The position numbers and the translations under genes are program-made. This document shows positions 35,297 through 46,352 of a stretch of DNA of 64,000 bases, one piece after another. The stretch covers positions 19,344,001-19,408,000 of the forward strand of contig NC_045138.2 in the NCBI RefSeq assembly GCF_008831285.2, in the 5' to 3' direction. A model generated the notes under the pieces. That model saw nothing but the letters and a program-made list of their open reading frames with translations, was not told the DNA's origin and made no database searches. This stretch comes from Nymphaea colorata. Lineage: Eukaryota. The stretch's first letter is position 1, and the number at the start of each line of letters is the position of its first letter.

Positions 35297-38200
35297 ATGT
35301 GCATGTGTGCATTCGCTGAGTGCATGTGTGCTTATTCACTTGTATTTTTTCTCTTTTGCATTTTGTAGTTTTTTGCTGCTTTTGTTTTTTGTATTTTTCA
35401 TTGTCGCAAAATTGCAGTACAAAGCACAACAACACACTTTGCAGTGACCTGTAGGCTGAAACACATCAGTTCACACTGGCACAGTAAGAGATGCAAATAT
35501 CAAACAGTATGCTTCATTCTATGTGCAGTTTTTCTTCCTAAGTTGTGCATTCGACCTATTATCTCGACAATTTGCTTTGTTTAACAAGTAGTTACTTCAA
35601 GAAATCTGAAGTTAAGCAAGTTTTTCATATTGTTGTTGAAAATTTTAAAAAACAATTGGCATAATCATTGTTGCAATAAAAGGAAGCATGTTTCTTATCA
35701 AAGTTTTGAGAACAGTAGATGACGCAGCGGTGGGTGTGTGTGTGTGTAAGTTGACACTATGTCGTGGGCCTGAGCAACATAAGATGAGTAACATAGTGTT
35801 TGTCAAGTATAATACTATAATGTGAAACTAAGAGAGAAACACATTAAGAGAGGAGACCTAAATTATCTAATACATTTGGACAACATTGACTCAATGTTGT
35901 AAAAAGCGTATCGTAAGCCATATCGGTCTGGCTTTAAGATACGTCGTATCGTAAAATATCGTAACATATCGTAATTGTATCGTTTTTTTTTTAATAAATC
36001 AGAAAAAAAATCAAAAAAAATCAAAAAATTCACAAAAGATCAGTAAAAATCAAGAATAATATGTTCTTCATAAAAAAAAAACATAGATTCATAAGTCATA
36101 AGGTCCATAAGTCTATGAGATACCACATCAAAAAACAAGTTTTAGATATTATGTATTACATCACAAGATGATAATGAAATTGTGAAAATGCTCAATGTCA
36201 ATACATATAAAATGAAAGCACTCTCGACTCTCATTCATAATCTTCATCATATTCATTTTCATCCTCATCTCCATCTTCTTCTTCATTTTCATCTTCACGA
36301 TTTAAAAAAACCTCTTTCCTTCCAACGGGAATCAACCACCCACGCACAAATCCATGGTTTAATCGATAATTTTATTTTGAAAATCGATTATTTAACAATT
36401 AACAATGGAAATCGATGATTTCCCTCCACGGCAACACAATTTCTAGGTTAAAAATGAAGAAGGGCTGGGTTTTTATAAAAAAACTCGAAAAAGGGGGGTT
36501 CCAGCCCCCCTTTTTTGAAATCAGCCCGTATCATACGATACGGGCTGTATCGCACCGTATCGTACGATACGATGGCATGTATCATATGTATCGTAAGATA
36601 CAAGCACGATACACCCCTATTTACGATACAGGGGGTGTATCGTATCGTATTTTGTAAAAGATATGAATATGTAACGTACGATATGGCCCTGTATCGTACG
36701 TATCGTACAACACTGCATAGACTGCTATGATGGATGGATTTTGGGGAAAGATCTGGCATTACTAAAGAATCGTACATGGTTCAAGGATCAGATCCCTAAT
36801 TTGATATAAGTCAATTGAATAAAGTTCCTATAGAAGGGATTAATACTTCAAGTGAGTTATTGGAAAAATAAGGTCTACATAAAATGCCCAAGGTAAATCT
36901 GTTCTACTCTACTTGCTATTACATACAAATCGATTTTTCTTTATCCTTGTATTCAACAAAATTTAATGAATGCACATCCTTTTTCCATTAAAGGAAAATG
37001 GAAAGAAACATGGAACAAGTAATGATGTTGAGAAGAGAGTAAGTGACAAAAACGGAGGGTCAAAAAAAAAAGGATGATTTAACTGATGATGACATTAATT
37101 ATTTAACACTGACAATGATGAAACGCAAGAGGAATATAATAGAGATTAGGATTTAAAATAATACAACATTGTCATTAGATAGATTTGTAAAAGAATTTGT
37201 CATAAGATTTAGTATTAGATTAGGATTATTAGCATTAGATTAGAATTAGTTTGTTTCTTTGTTGTCATATTCATAAAATAATTTCTGCATTTAATTTTTA
37301 TGCTTTTATATTTTTGTTTGCTGCTTGAAGCAGCTCTTTAGAAGCTGTTGGAATAGCCAACGGCCATATTTTCTAGCAGTCCCAATGGCTCCTCCTTTCT
37401 ATTTATTAGACTGTATGGCCCCTTTGCATTTTTAGCTTTTGTAAGCTATTTTCATGAGTGACTAATAAGTAATAACATTTTTCAGAGTTTAGCTTCCCTC
37501 TTTGTGAGGATTCCTTGTGTGTCACTGATGCAGACTTGGTGTTGTCTCTGTATTCAGTCATTTTCCTGCAAAAGTGCTAAGTTATTACAGAAGCCTGAGT
37601 TTGTGTGATATAAAATTCAGAGTATATGATAATCTTTCATGGTATCAGAGCAGAAAGGTTCTGCCCTGAGATTTTCTGCTGAGATTCTCTTGAAGCAAAT
37701 TTGTGACTGATTGTGGTTTTTGTATTCAAGAAATCAGGACTTCATCAAATGAAGGGAGTGAATGTCATCAGCAGCATTGTCGTAATTTGAGCTTCAACAA
37801 ATTGTTATTCTTACATGGTGTTTTACGGTGTGCACTCCACTTTCCTTCTTCTTTAGAGAAATGGAAGAAAAAAAAAATCTCTCCCTCCAACCCTTAAACT
37901 TAATTCCACAAATTATGTTACATGAGCTTCTACCATCAAGCATCATTTTGGTGGAAAGGGTCTCCCTCCAACCATCAAACTTATGTTGTCTGAATTACCG
38001 TTGTGTGGAAGTGGATGTTTGAATGAAAGTGCTCATTGCAAATGAAAATGCAAAGGGCAGCTCTAACTCATCAAGGTGGCACCTTTTATTTTGTTATTAG
38101 TAAAGAAAGAAGAACACCGCAAAGTGTGCAGTTGACAACAGTGAGATATGTGTATGTCCGATTATTCTCTTGCATGTTTTTCACTTTTGTATTTTGTATT

Positions 38201-40780
38201 TCTTTTTGCTGCTTTTAACATTTAACATTTTTGTTTTTCTGTTCAGCCAGCAATAGGGAAGTGAACTAGCATTGGAGCTAGCCCCTTCTTATCTTGGCTA
38301 TAAGTCGAGGTTCAGCCTCTCCTTTATTCAGAGTTTGTTACGTCTGTCTTTTTTACGAATTGATGAATTATCTTCAGCCCTGGTTGCAAGCCAGCTTGCT
38401 CTACATGAATGCTGCAGCTTCATATCCTAGGTTCTTGAAAACCTATTCTTAAGTGGAGACACGTTCTGAATTTCTTTGTGAGCTTCTCAATACCATGTCG
38501 TTACACCTAACCATTTCAGTACACCTATAACTAAATTTCAGGTACCGTTTGCACTTTTTCCTTTCTCCTTCAGATCCTCTAAATTCAGATATGCCTTGCA
38601 CTTCCTCTTTTCCTCTCTTCTTCATACCTTTTCTGTTAATAGTTTGTACAAAGAAAGAGACAATTTTCAAATTCTATTATTTCATTAAATGAAGAAACAT
38701 GTTATTGAAATCTTTGTATCAAGCCAGATATACTATGTATGTGTGTACGCTTGCACACACGTATATACAGCATCATAATCTTCTGTGACATTGAGCACAA
38801 AGAATCTCATGTAAACAGTCGACATGTAAATACAGGTGGATCTTCATGTACGAGATAGATGATAAGCATCATTCATGCATAATTACAAGTTACAAAACTT
38901 ACATTACAAGAAAGTTTAAGAATGTGAATTGTGAATCATAGCAAGTAATCTTTAATTATTTTGTCTACCATATTAGAGACAGGCTGCTGCTTCTAAAGCA
39001 CATCATCACTTGAAGAATGGATCCTTTATACCTCTGGAAGCATCAGATTGACGTTTTAAATATGTTTCTGTAACATAGGCTTCTTCCTGAGGCGAAATAT
39101 CAGCAAGTCTAGTTGAATTCAGCAGTGTGTGGTCCAAATCTAGAATGAGATACAATTTCTGCCTGCTCAGCAGATTTTTTATATCTGCATTCCTTAAGCG
39201 AGCGACTTCTTCAGTACCAAGCTTTAAATCCTGCAATAGATGTACTCCAAAGTCAGACAGCATTTGTCAAAAAAATATATAGGAAGGAGGGACAAATGTC
39301 AAATGGAATGGTTCTACTTGTGGATGAGTATGATATTGAAGACGTTCTTCATCTGATGAAAATGATGCTAAAGAACAGGCAGTTTTACGTATCCTTAAGG
39401 TAATACCTTATGTATGTAATCAAATGGAACACTAGCTTCGGCATCCTCCAGTTGTCCACACCGAATGCACATTTGCCGAATGAATCCAGGATGTGGTGGG
39501 CAAACTACAAATAATGAGCATATAGCTGATGATTCATATGAAGATGTTATAAGAGCTTTAGAAGGACTACTGGTTGATCAAGGATAAGCAAAAAATAGCC
39601 CTATGGTTCAGATCGAAACCTGATAACTCACCTTTGTATTCAAGTGCCACTGAGTCCGGAATATCTGCTTCCTCAGTCTCATAAACTCTTTGCCTTTTGG
39701 TTCTACAAGTAAGATAACATTAAATCACTTGAGAATCCCTTTAGAAGTCTTGAATCAATACTGTATGCTCACATTCAACTTATGCTACTTCCAAACCTTC
39801 GGAACCTTGCACAAAGTTGTCCTCTTTGGAGTCTAATAGGACACCATACTATTCAAGAAGCATATCAAAAGGAGAAGGGGGAGAAAGTGATCCCCAAAGC
39901 AGTAAGCAATGATGGAAACAGACCATCAATCACTGACTAGTAACACATAAGCATAATCTACAGAAATGATAATAAATCAAGAATCCTAGCTGTCAAAAAG
40001 AAAGAAGTACATCTCTAGGCCCTATTTAAATATTTTATTCAGGTAAGCACAGAAACTACACATCATACTTCCAAAGGGAAAAATGTTGACTACTGCCATC
40101 AACAAGTTTTCTAGTACTTGGCTACCTGCTGCATACATAAACAAAAGATGAAATGCTGGTTTGCATGTACTCCTGAAATTTCCTTCTACTGTGACTAACA
40201 AAATTCATCAAATTGAAACTGCAGCATTTCATGTTCATGTCAGGGTTGCCTTGCATAGACATCCTTTTTTCACGTGAAAAATTGAAAACATCATACTTGA
40301 AACATTTACATAAACCAAGAGTTTACACTGAGAGCCATATGACCATGTGAACATGAATCCTCTTTACCCTTAAGCCTCTTCACCGTTCACATTTGATGCG
40401 CTATGGCATGCCTTAAATTTGAAAATTTGACATTTAATTTTAGAATTTCCTGGCATACAATATGCTACAGAATTGATTCAGGCAAGTTTTGGAAATTTGA
40501 CACTCTATTACAAGAGTCTGATTATATTAAACTATAAGTAAAACATTGAGAAAAAAATGGAGCTCCAGTAATGGGCTAACCATATGCTAACAAGAGACAA
40601 GGAACAAATGTATAGAGTCTACAGACTAAACTACCTCTCCAACTCAACATCTTCTAATGCAAAACTAACATGAGAGTCAGGAGAAGTGCCAGAAGTATTG
40701 GAGTCCAACTCAGTTTCAAGTATAGCTGCAAAATCGTCACTGCTCGATGAATGCACCGGAGATTCGGCTGTTGTACTCAT
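32745..40780 (-). CDS. CPL4: RNA polymerase II C-terminal domain phosphatase-like 4 (FCP1-like: FCPH + BRCT)
   Basis: Exons (minus) 40780-40635, 39702-39632, 39504-39407, 39230-39032, 34192-33906, 33509-33321, 33237-33202, 33107-32745 = 1389 nt, 462 aa. N-terminus MSTTAESPVHSSSSDDFAAILETELDS, CPPHPGF..CIRCG, catalytic LILDLDHTLLNS (DxDxT), KLRPYVHTFL, VILDD, and a BRCT domain (THVV...W..AANYLWQRQPEERF). Confidence 0.93.
35223..35282. repeat. (AT)n microsatellite in CPL4 intron 4
   Basis: About 30 AT units. Confidence 0.95.
35769..37345 (+). pseudogene. Degenerate hAT transposase C-terminal relic (interrupted by a MITE)
   Basis: Reads PEQHKMSNIVFVKYN / VKLREKHIKRGDLNYLIHLDNID [insertion] CYDGWILGKDLALLKNRTWFKD, then an acidic tail (DDLTDDDI..., DNDETQEEYNRD*). 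It resembles the end of the hAT dimerisation domain (L..LVFV.YN..LR) and the following acidic region. Confidence 0.65.
35892..36715. mobile_element. Non-autonomous hAT element (824 bp)
   Basis: TIRs CAATGTTGTA ... TACAACACTG (9/10 match). 8-bp TSD CATTGACT (35884-35891) / CATAGACT (36716-36723), 7/8 match. Many subterminal TATCGTA/TACGATA motifs at both ends. Confidence 0.85.
37346..37651 (+). mobile_element. LTR retrotransposon fragment: putative 5' LTR plus tRNA-iMet primer-binding site
   Basis: TGTTGGAATA... (37346) to ...CTTTCA (37639), followed immediately by TGGTATCAGAGC (37640-37651), the canonical plant tRNA-iMet PBS. No second LTR or gag-pol seen; the LTR start is inferred. Confidence 0.7.
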
Positions 40781-40794
40781 ATTAACAAGGCCAC

Positions 40795-40806
40795 TCACAA
40801 TTTCAT
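40795..40806 (-). promoter_or_regulatory. Minimal uORF (ATG AAA TTG TGA, MKL*) in CPL4 leader
   Basis: Starts 1 nt after the CAG acceptor (40810-40808) and ends 14 nt before the main ATG at 40780. Confidence 0.55.
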
Positions 40807-41568
40807 ACTGCAAAATTAGCACAGAAGAAATGAAGATCATTAAAGAGGAAGAAACAAAATCAAAGTTCACAAAAAATATTACTCATATATATGCTATCAG
40901 AAACATAATCAACATGAATGAAAATTAGTATCTATATGTCTGCTACAAGAAGTTTGAAAAATGCATCATCAGCTGGTAAATTGACGTTTCAGAAACTCAT
41001 GTTAAAAACCACTTGTGCAGGCAAATCTTTTTCTGAGGTTGGTTGGGGCCCTCAACATTTTGAGGCTGAGAAATTATACAAATTTGTATTGCAAATTTGC
41101 TTCATCTGTTAGCCCATATTGTCTAGATATATTTCAGCATTTCTCCAAATTATCCACAAGATATTTCTTTTACTTTCGGTTCTGGATGAATCTAAATTTT
41201 TACAGGTCATTGCAGTAGAGAAAACAATAATCATGTTCATTTTACAGGTTGCTTAGTGAGAAAAGTTTCCATGAGAATCAAAGAAAGGACAGGAAACATT
41301 ATCAGGATCTTCCATGTGCGAGGCTGCACTCACATGACAGAGGATCTGTCAGCACCACGTTTTTGGGTCATTTGATCCAGTGATATACACTAAAAACAAC
41401 TGCCCTTGAGCAGAACGAAAAGGTGAACAGTTTTTTATCCTTATTGGATAAACCTTCCAAAACCCATTAACACAGCTTCGTCTATGTGAAAGTGCAAAAA
41501 TTTACACAAGGATAAATAAAAGTTTGCAGAAAATATTCAACTTCACATCATAAAACTTCATAAAGAAC

Positions 41569-42225
41569 CAATATTGTTAAGTGCGATGAAACAAAGCGAT
41601 GCGCTAAGCCTGTGAAGTGAGGCGTAGCCAAGCGACGGGTAATGAAGCGTGAGTATCACAACAAAAATTATCTAGTATATAATATTCATAAAATAAATGC
41701 CCAAAATAAAAAACAACTAGTAAAATAAGGCGGAGTGCATAACTGCATTAAAGTATAAACCATAAAGAACAAAAATACAAGCACTCAAATTTGAGTTAAA
41801 AAAAGAATGCAGATCACAGTAAAATTTAAACAACTACAGCTGGCAAGAAGGTGATCTACTAATTCATTTTGCAACCAATGTCAACAAGCGCACGTAATCA
41901 TTGAAAAAAAAAAATACAGAAAATGATTTTTACCTTTTAAATCCAGAATATAGCACGAGAAACCGGCTGAGTTGCGCTGGTTGGCTGTGGCATGCGACTC
42001 TGCCTTGAAGGCTATGATGGTGGACTTGGGCAGCTTCTGGACAGAGAAGCCGGAGACGATGAGATTCAGGACGGAGAAGCCTGTGCGAAATGGTATTCCG
42101 AGATTAAAGTATTGAGGAAAACCCTCGTGTGTTTTAGTTTAACTTTAAAAAACTTAAGCACGTCAAACCAAATTAACCAACGTTTTCTTCACTCGACCTG
42201 AGGCGTACGCCTCTGCACTTCATTC
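41569..42225. mobile_element. Degenerate DNA-transposon relic (GAGGCG/AAGCG subterminal motifs) in the probable CPL4 5'-UTR intron
   Basis: AAGCG/GAGGCG clusters at both ends (41580-41650, 42195-42215) around an AT-rich and a GC-richer internal part. Termini and TSD not resolved. Confidence 0.4.
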
Positions 42226-42396
42226 ACAAGACGAAGAAGGGAATAAAAGGAAAGAGAACCAGAAGATAGAGGGAAAGGAAACCCCGGAAATTTTCCTTGT
42301 TATTCGGATTCGACCGCTGAACTTCATTCAGAAAATCCTTTCCGAAATTTTGTGCGCAAGCATTTCAACATAACAACAAACCCAAAAAATTTTTAC

Positions 42397-42660
42397 CTAT
42401 GTACCTTCTTTGAGTCGAATTTGGGGACGAGAGTACGAAGAACCGCCGTATGGAGGAAACACGAGGGAGGAATTCCAGGTCCAACGGAAACCGCCTGAGG
42501 AGCCACCCAGAAGAAGAAACCGCACCACCCGATAAAAGGGAGAGGGAGAGAGAGCAGCGAAGGGGGAGAGACAGAGAGATCGAGAGCGGGAGGGAGAGCA
42601 GCTGCGAAGCGGGAGAGGGAAAAAGAGGGCGGAAAGAGTTCGAACGGGCGAGCGCAAACG
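42397..42660 (-). other. Probable non-coding first exon (5' UTR) of CPL4
   Basis: GC-rich, CT-rich leader on the minus strand ending in two GT donors 8 nt apart (AAG|GTACAT, exon end 42405; TAG|GTAAAA, exon end 42397). A matching acceptor lies just upstream of the CPL4 ATG exon. Confidence 0.6.
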
Positions 42661-45339
42661 TGCACCCTCGGCATGGGGATTGACCCAACCTTGGTGGCTT
42701 TGACTTGGTTGTCACGGACCTCTTTCCTTTGGTAGCTGATTCCATGGATCCCTTCCTATTAGGTTCAGAACAAGTTGGAATTGGATCATAATGGATTTAA
42801 ATATCCACAAAGTGCGATATAATTTAGATTCATAGGCAATAAATGGGTTTGAAATCCATATAATAATTTTGTGATCCATGTAGAACTATTATGGATCTAA
42901 ATTGTCCACAATTGTTTCTTTAAATCCCGTAGGGTTCAGACGTGTGAGTCAAGTCGTTTCGGAGGCTTTGGAATTCGATCTTAGAGTTTCTCATCGTCCG
43001 CCTCACATGTAAAATGCTGAGCTGCAAATTAAGTCATATTAGTAAACCCATGGCTCGAACTGGGGAATCCATAGATGACCGGACCATCAGGTAAGTTTAC
43101 TTGTCGACTCGGTCGAGTTTTAAAATAACCTGAATCGAACAGTCAGAAATGAGTTGGGCCAACCTTGAGAATCATCCGAGCTTACTCGGGTGATTCTCAA
43201 ACCAACTCAACCAGTCAACCAATTATGATGATATCAACATTTCATCCTTTAAATTAATTTAATTCATTTAGTGACATATTCTATTTGAATCTTGTAACTG
43301 TTTCATAAAAAACAAAACATGGGGAAAAAAATTAATGTCCAATAAGAAATTGAACCCAGTTCGGGTTTAAAAAATGATATCTAATTAGAATGTGGATTCA
43401 GATGTATATAAATATCCAATCAGATATAAATAGAGTTTAGTTTAAACAAATATCCAATGTCTAATTGCTTATATTTTTAGATTAAATTCATATTGGAATC
43501 TAAGTATGAAGTTCAAAAATCAGATTCAAGTTAAGGAATTGGATTTTAGATTTGGATTCATATGTATCTTTTTTTTATTTGCATTGAATATAAACTTCAA
43601 TATATTCGAACATCAAAAATCTGAAAAAACGGATACAGTCATGAATACAAAGAACTCGAATGGGATCAAGTAAACACGCCTATTTGGTGGCAAAACATTT
43701 TCTTCGTACTGAGACTAGCAGGAGAAAACAACCGATTGTACGCAGAATTTTTTTCTTTTTAATCAAAATGTTGATGCTATGTGGGTCATTCATTTTTTAT
43801 TATTATATAAACATTATTAAAGTCTTAACAAATGATCAACTAAATACATGTTCTGCATAAATATACTCTTAAGATCATAGCAAATATCAATAAGGCTGGA
43901 TTGCAAAAAGAACATTTTAACGTTTGATTTCAGATCTCATATAACTACGTCAGAAATAAAAACTAGACCCATTAAGTTATTTGCTAATGAATTCCCTAGT
44001 ACAAATATCCTAATATGTTTACAAAGAACTAAGTTAATATAAACCATGCTTTAATTTAAGTCGTTTATTGAAAACAGTTTATCTTTCTATTACAATCTTG
44101 ATGTTAATAGGAGTCATTCAGTTTTTGTTATTATAAATAAAAACATCATTAAACTTAAAACATGATATAAACACCCTTTCACCTTTCTAACTCAGTTTGG
44201 TAAACATTAAAATTTTTAATGAGTTTTTAAAGTTTTGTTTTGTTTTTTTTGTTAAGATGACGCATTGAAAACTGGTTTTTAAATAACTTAAAAGGGACGA
44301 GGTTTTTCACTATCTTTTACAAAACTATGTTTTGTCAAAACTGAGTTTTAAAAAAAACTCAGTTTTGATGGCACCCAAACACTCCAAAATCTTGTTTTGT
44401 AAATGTCAGCCAAATGCCCCCTAATGTGTTTGTTTCACTGCGGACCTGAGATACACGGTGGTGATTATGGATTTAAGGTCCTAAACTTCTCCTCCACCCC
44501 TCAAATCCGACCTTAAATTCAGGGTTTTTAACATGTTACAATCCTTCATTTATTTAATGAGGATCTCTCAAAACACACCTTTTAATGTATCCTATCACAC
44601 ATAACTTTATTGTACATTATATAGCTGATTCAAACCGGGGATTGGCACATCTAACTTTATTGTACATTATATTCCTCCTTCTCCCTGCTTCCTTCTCCCA
44701 CTTTGCCTTTTTCTTCCTCCCTCCTTCCCTTCTTCCTCTCCGTTCCTTCTTCCTCCCCAACGGTAAAAAAAAAAAAAAAACGGAAAAACTGTATGAGAAC
44801 CTATGACCTACTGCTTACTAGCCTAAACTCTTAACGGTGCACTGACGTCAATGATTTCTACTTATCATGCATCAACTCCACAAACTTATTAATCAGCTCC
44901 AAAATCACATACTTCTCTTCAAATATCTAAAATTATACGTCAATGAACTTTTGCACAATTAATTTTTGGATTGTCACATAATTTAATTGGCATAACAAAG
45001 GTCATGATTCAGGAATACAGCTTCATATTCTTTCTAAGCACGTAAAGGCATGTTTTTGTGGCTAACTTTATACACAAAGAAAAAAAAAAAAAGCTCTGGT
45101 CAAATCCATTTAAAGTAGGATTTGGAATATATAAGCGGTGATGTAAATGTCACAAACTCAAACACAACTCAATTCCCTACAAGTCGAGTCACAATCAAAG
45201 TGGTACCATAGTACAAGGGAAAAAGGAAACCAAGTGTAAGGGAGAAAGAGAGAAAAAGAGAAAGAAAAAGAGCCCTGATGCTCCAATTGGATTACCGCTT
45301 GGTAGGCTATTATTGGCTGGTTCAAATCTCATAAGTACT

Positions 45340-45734
45340 TAGCGGTGAACATTTAAATAATCGAGTTGGGTTCGAGCTCAACATATAACTACCGAGTCGA
45401 ACTCAAGCTTTAATCGAGTTTGTCGAGCTTTAATGAAGTCGATATATTCAAACGAGTTTACCAGTTTGTCAAGCCTTAATCGAGTCGATCTCAAGTTCGA
45501 CACGTAACTATGAATATCAATTCCATTCAAATGAGTTTGTAGAGCCTTAATCGAGTCAAACTCGAGCTCAACATGCAAATATGAATATCAATTCTATTCA
45601 AACGAGGTTGTCGAGCCTTAGTCGAGTCGAGCTTGAGCTACTTCCGTCGAGCTATTCTCGAGTCGAGTTTGAGGTTTCATTAGTCAAACCGAGCTGACTG
45701 AAATCGAGCTCGACTCAGCTCGTGTGCACCCCTA
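45340..45734. mobile_element. Non-autonomous hAT MITE (395 bp) with internal ~69-bp tandem repeats
   Basis: TIRs TAGCGGTGAACA / TGTGCACCCCTA (10/12 match). 8-bp TSD TAAGTACT (45332-45339) / TAAGTACC (45735-45742). GAGCTCG/TCGAG subterminal motifs. Confidence 0.85.
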
Positions 45735-46044
45735 TAAGTACCTGCCAATCACCGGTTATTTTCTTTAAAATCAAATAGTGGTTGGTAAGCAGTCATTCGG
45801 GTGAGAGGGAGACTGATTGTATCACTCGAATGAAGGTCGAAGCCTTTCTCCTGCCTCATTCTCCCATAATAAAGGACTGCTTTAGATGTCTCAAGATGAA
45901 AATTTGGTAGGCAGTCATTGGGTGATTCAAATTTCATAAGTGTCTCCGATTATTTTCTCTAGTGTGTCAGGCTGCCATTGCAATGCCAAGAGGTTAGCAT
46001 GATCAGAGATCTGGTATTACTTAACCAGTTATCCAATGTGGGAA

Positions 46045-46352
46045 CCCAACCCGACCCGCTTTGATATCATTACCGGCCAGGTAGAACTTCGAATTGGGAC
46101 CCGGTCCATTAAGAGCCGTGGGACCCACGCAGGACGGAAAAAGCAAGGCTTGAGAAAACATATAGTGAATAAAAAAATTCTCAAATAACAAAAAGAATGC
46201 TTGGTCGGCAAGGCTGGCTTTTTCCAGCCACCCACCACTTATAAAATGGACCGGGTAGACCCCCAAGTGGGCCGGGTCCTGGCCGCTCATTTGGACCGGC
46301 TTGGCCGGGCCATGGTTTAGGCAGCTGATCGGGTCAAAACCGGCACTGCCCA
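46045..46352. mobile_element. GGCCGG/GACCCG-rich MITE-like relic
   Basis: Clustered ACCCG/GGCCGG/GACCGG motifs around a short AT-rich core, organised like 61992-62301. Confidence 0.4.

Noticed and set aside
42365..42745. Several overlapping 77-126 aa ORFs
   Set aside because: Low-complexity translations of the CT/GA-rich CPL4 leader and promoter; no recognisable domain.
45400..45700. Repeat-spacer-like pattern resembling a CRISPR array
   Set aside because: Units are contiguous degenerate tandem repeats inside a TIR/TSD-bounded MITE in a plant genome; no unique spacers and no cas genes.
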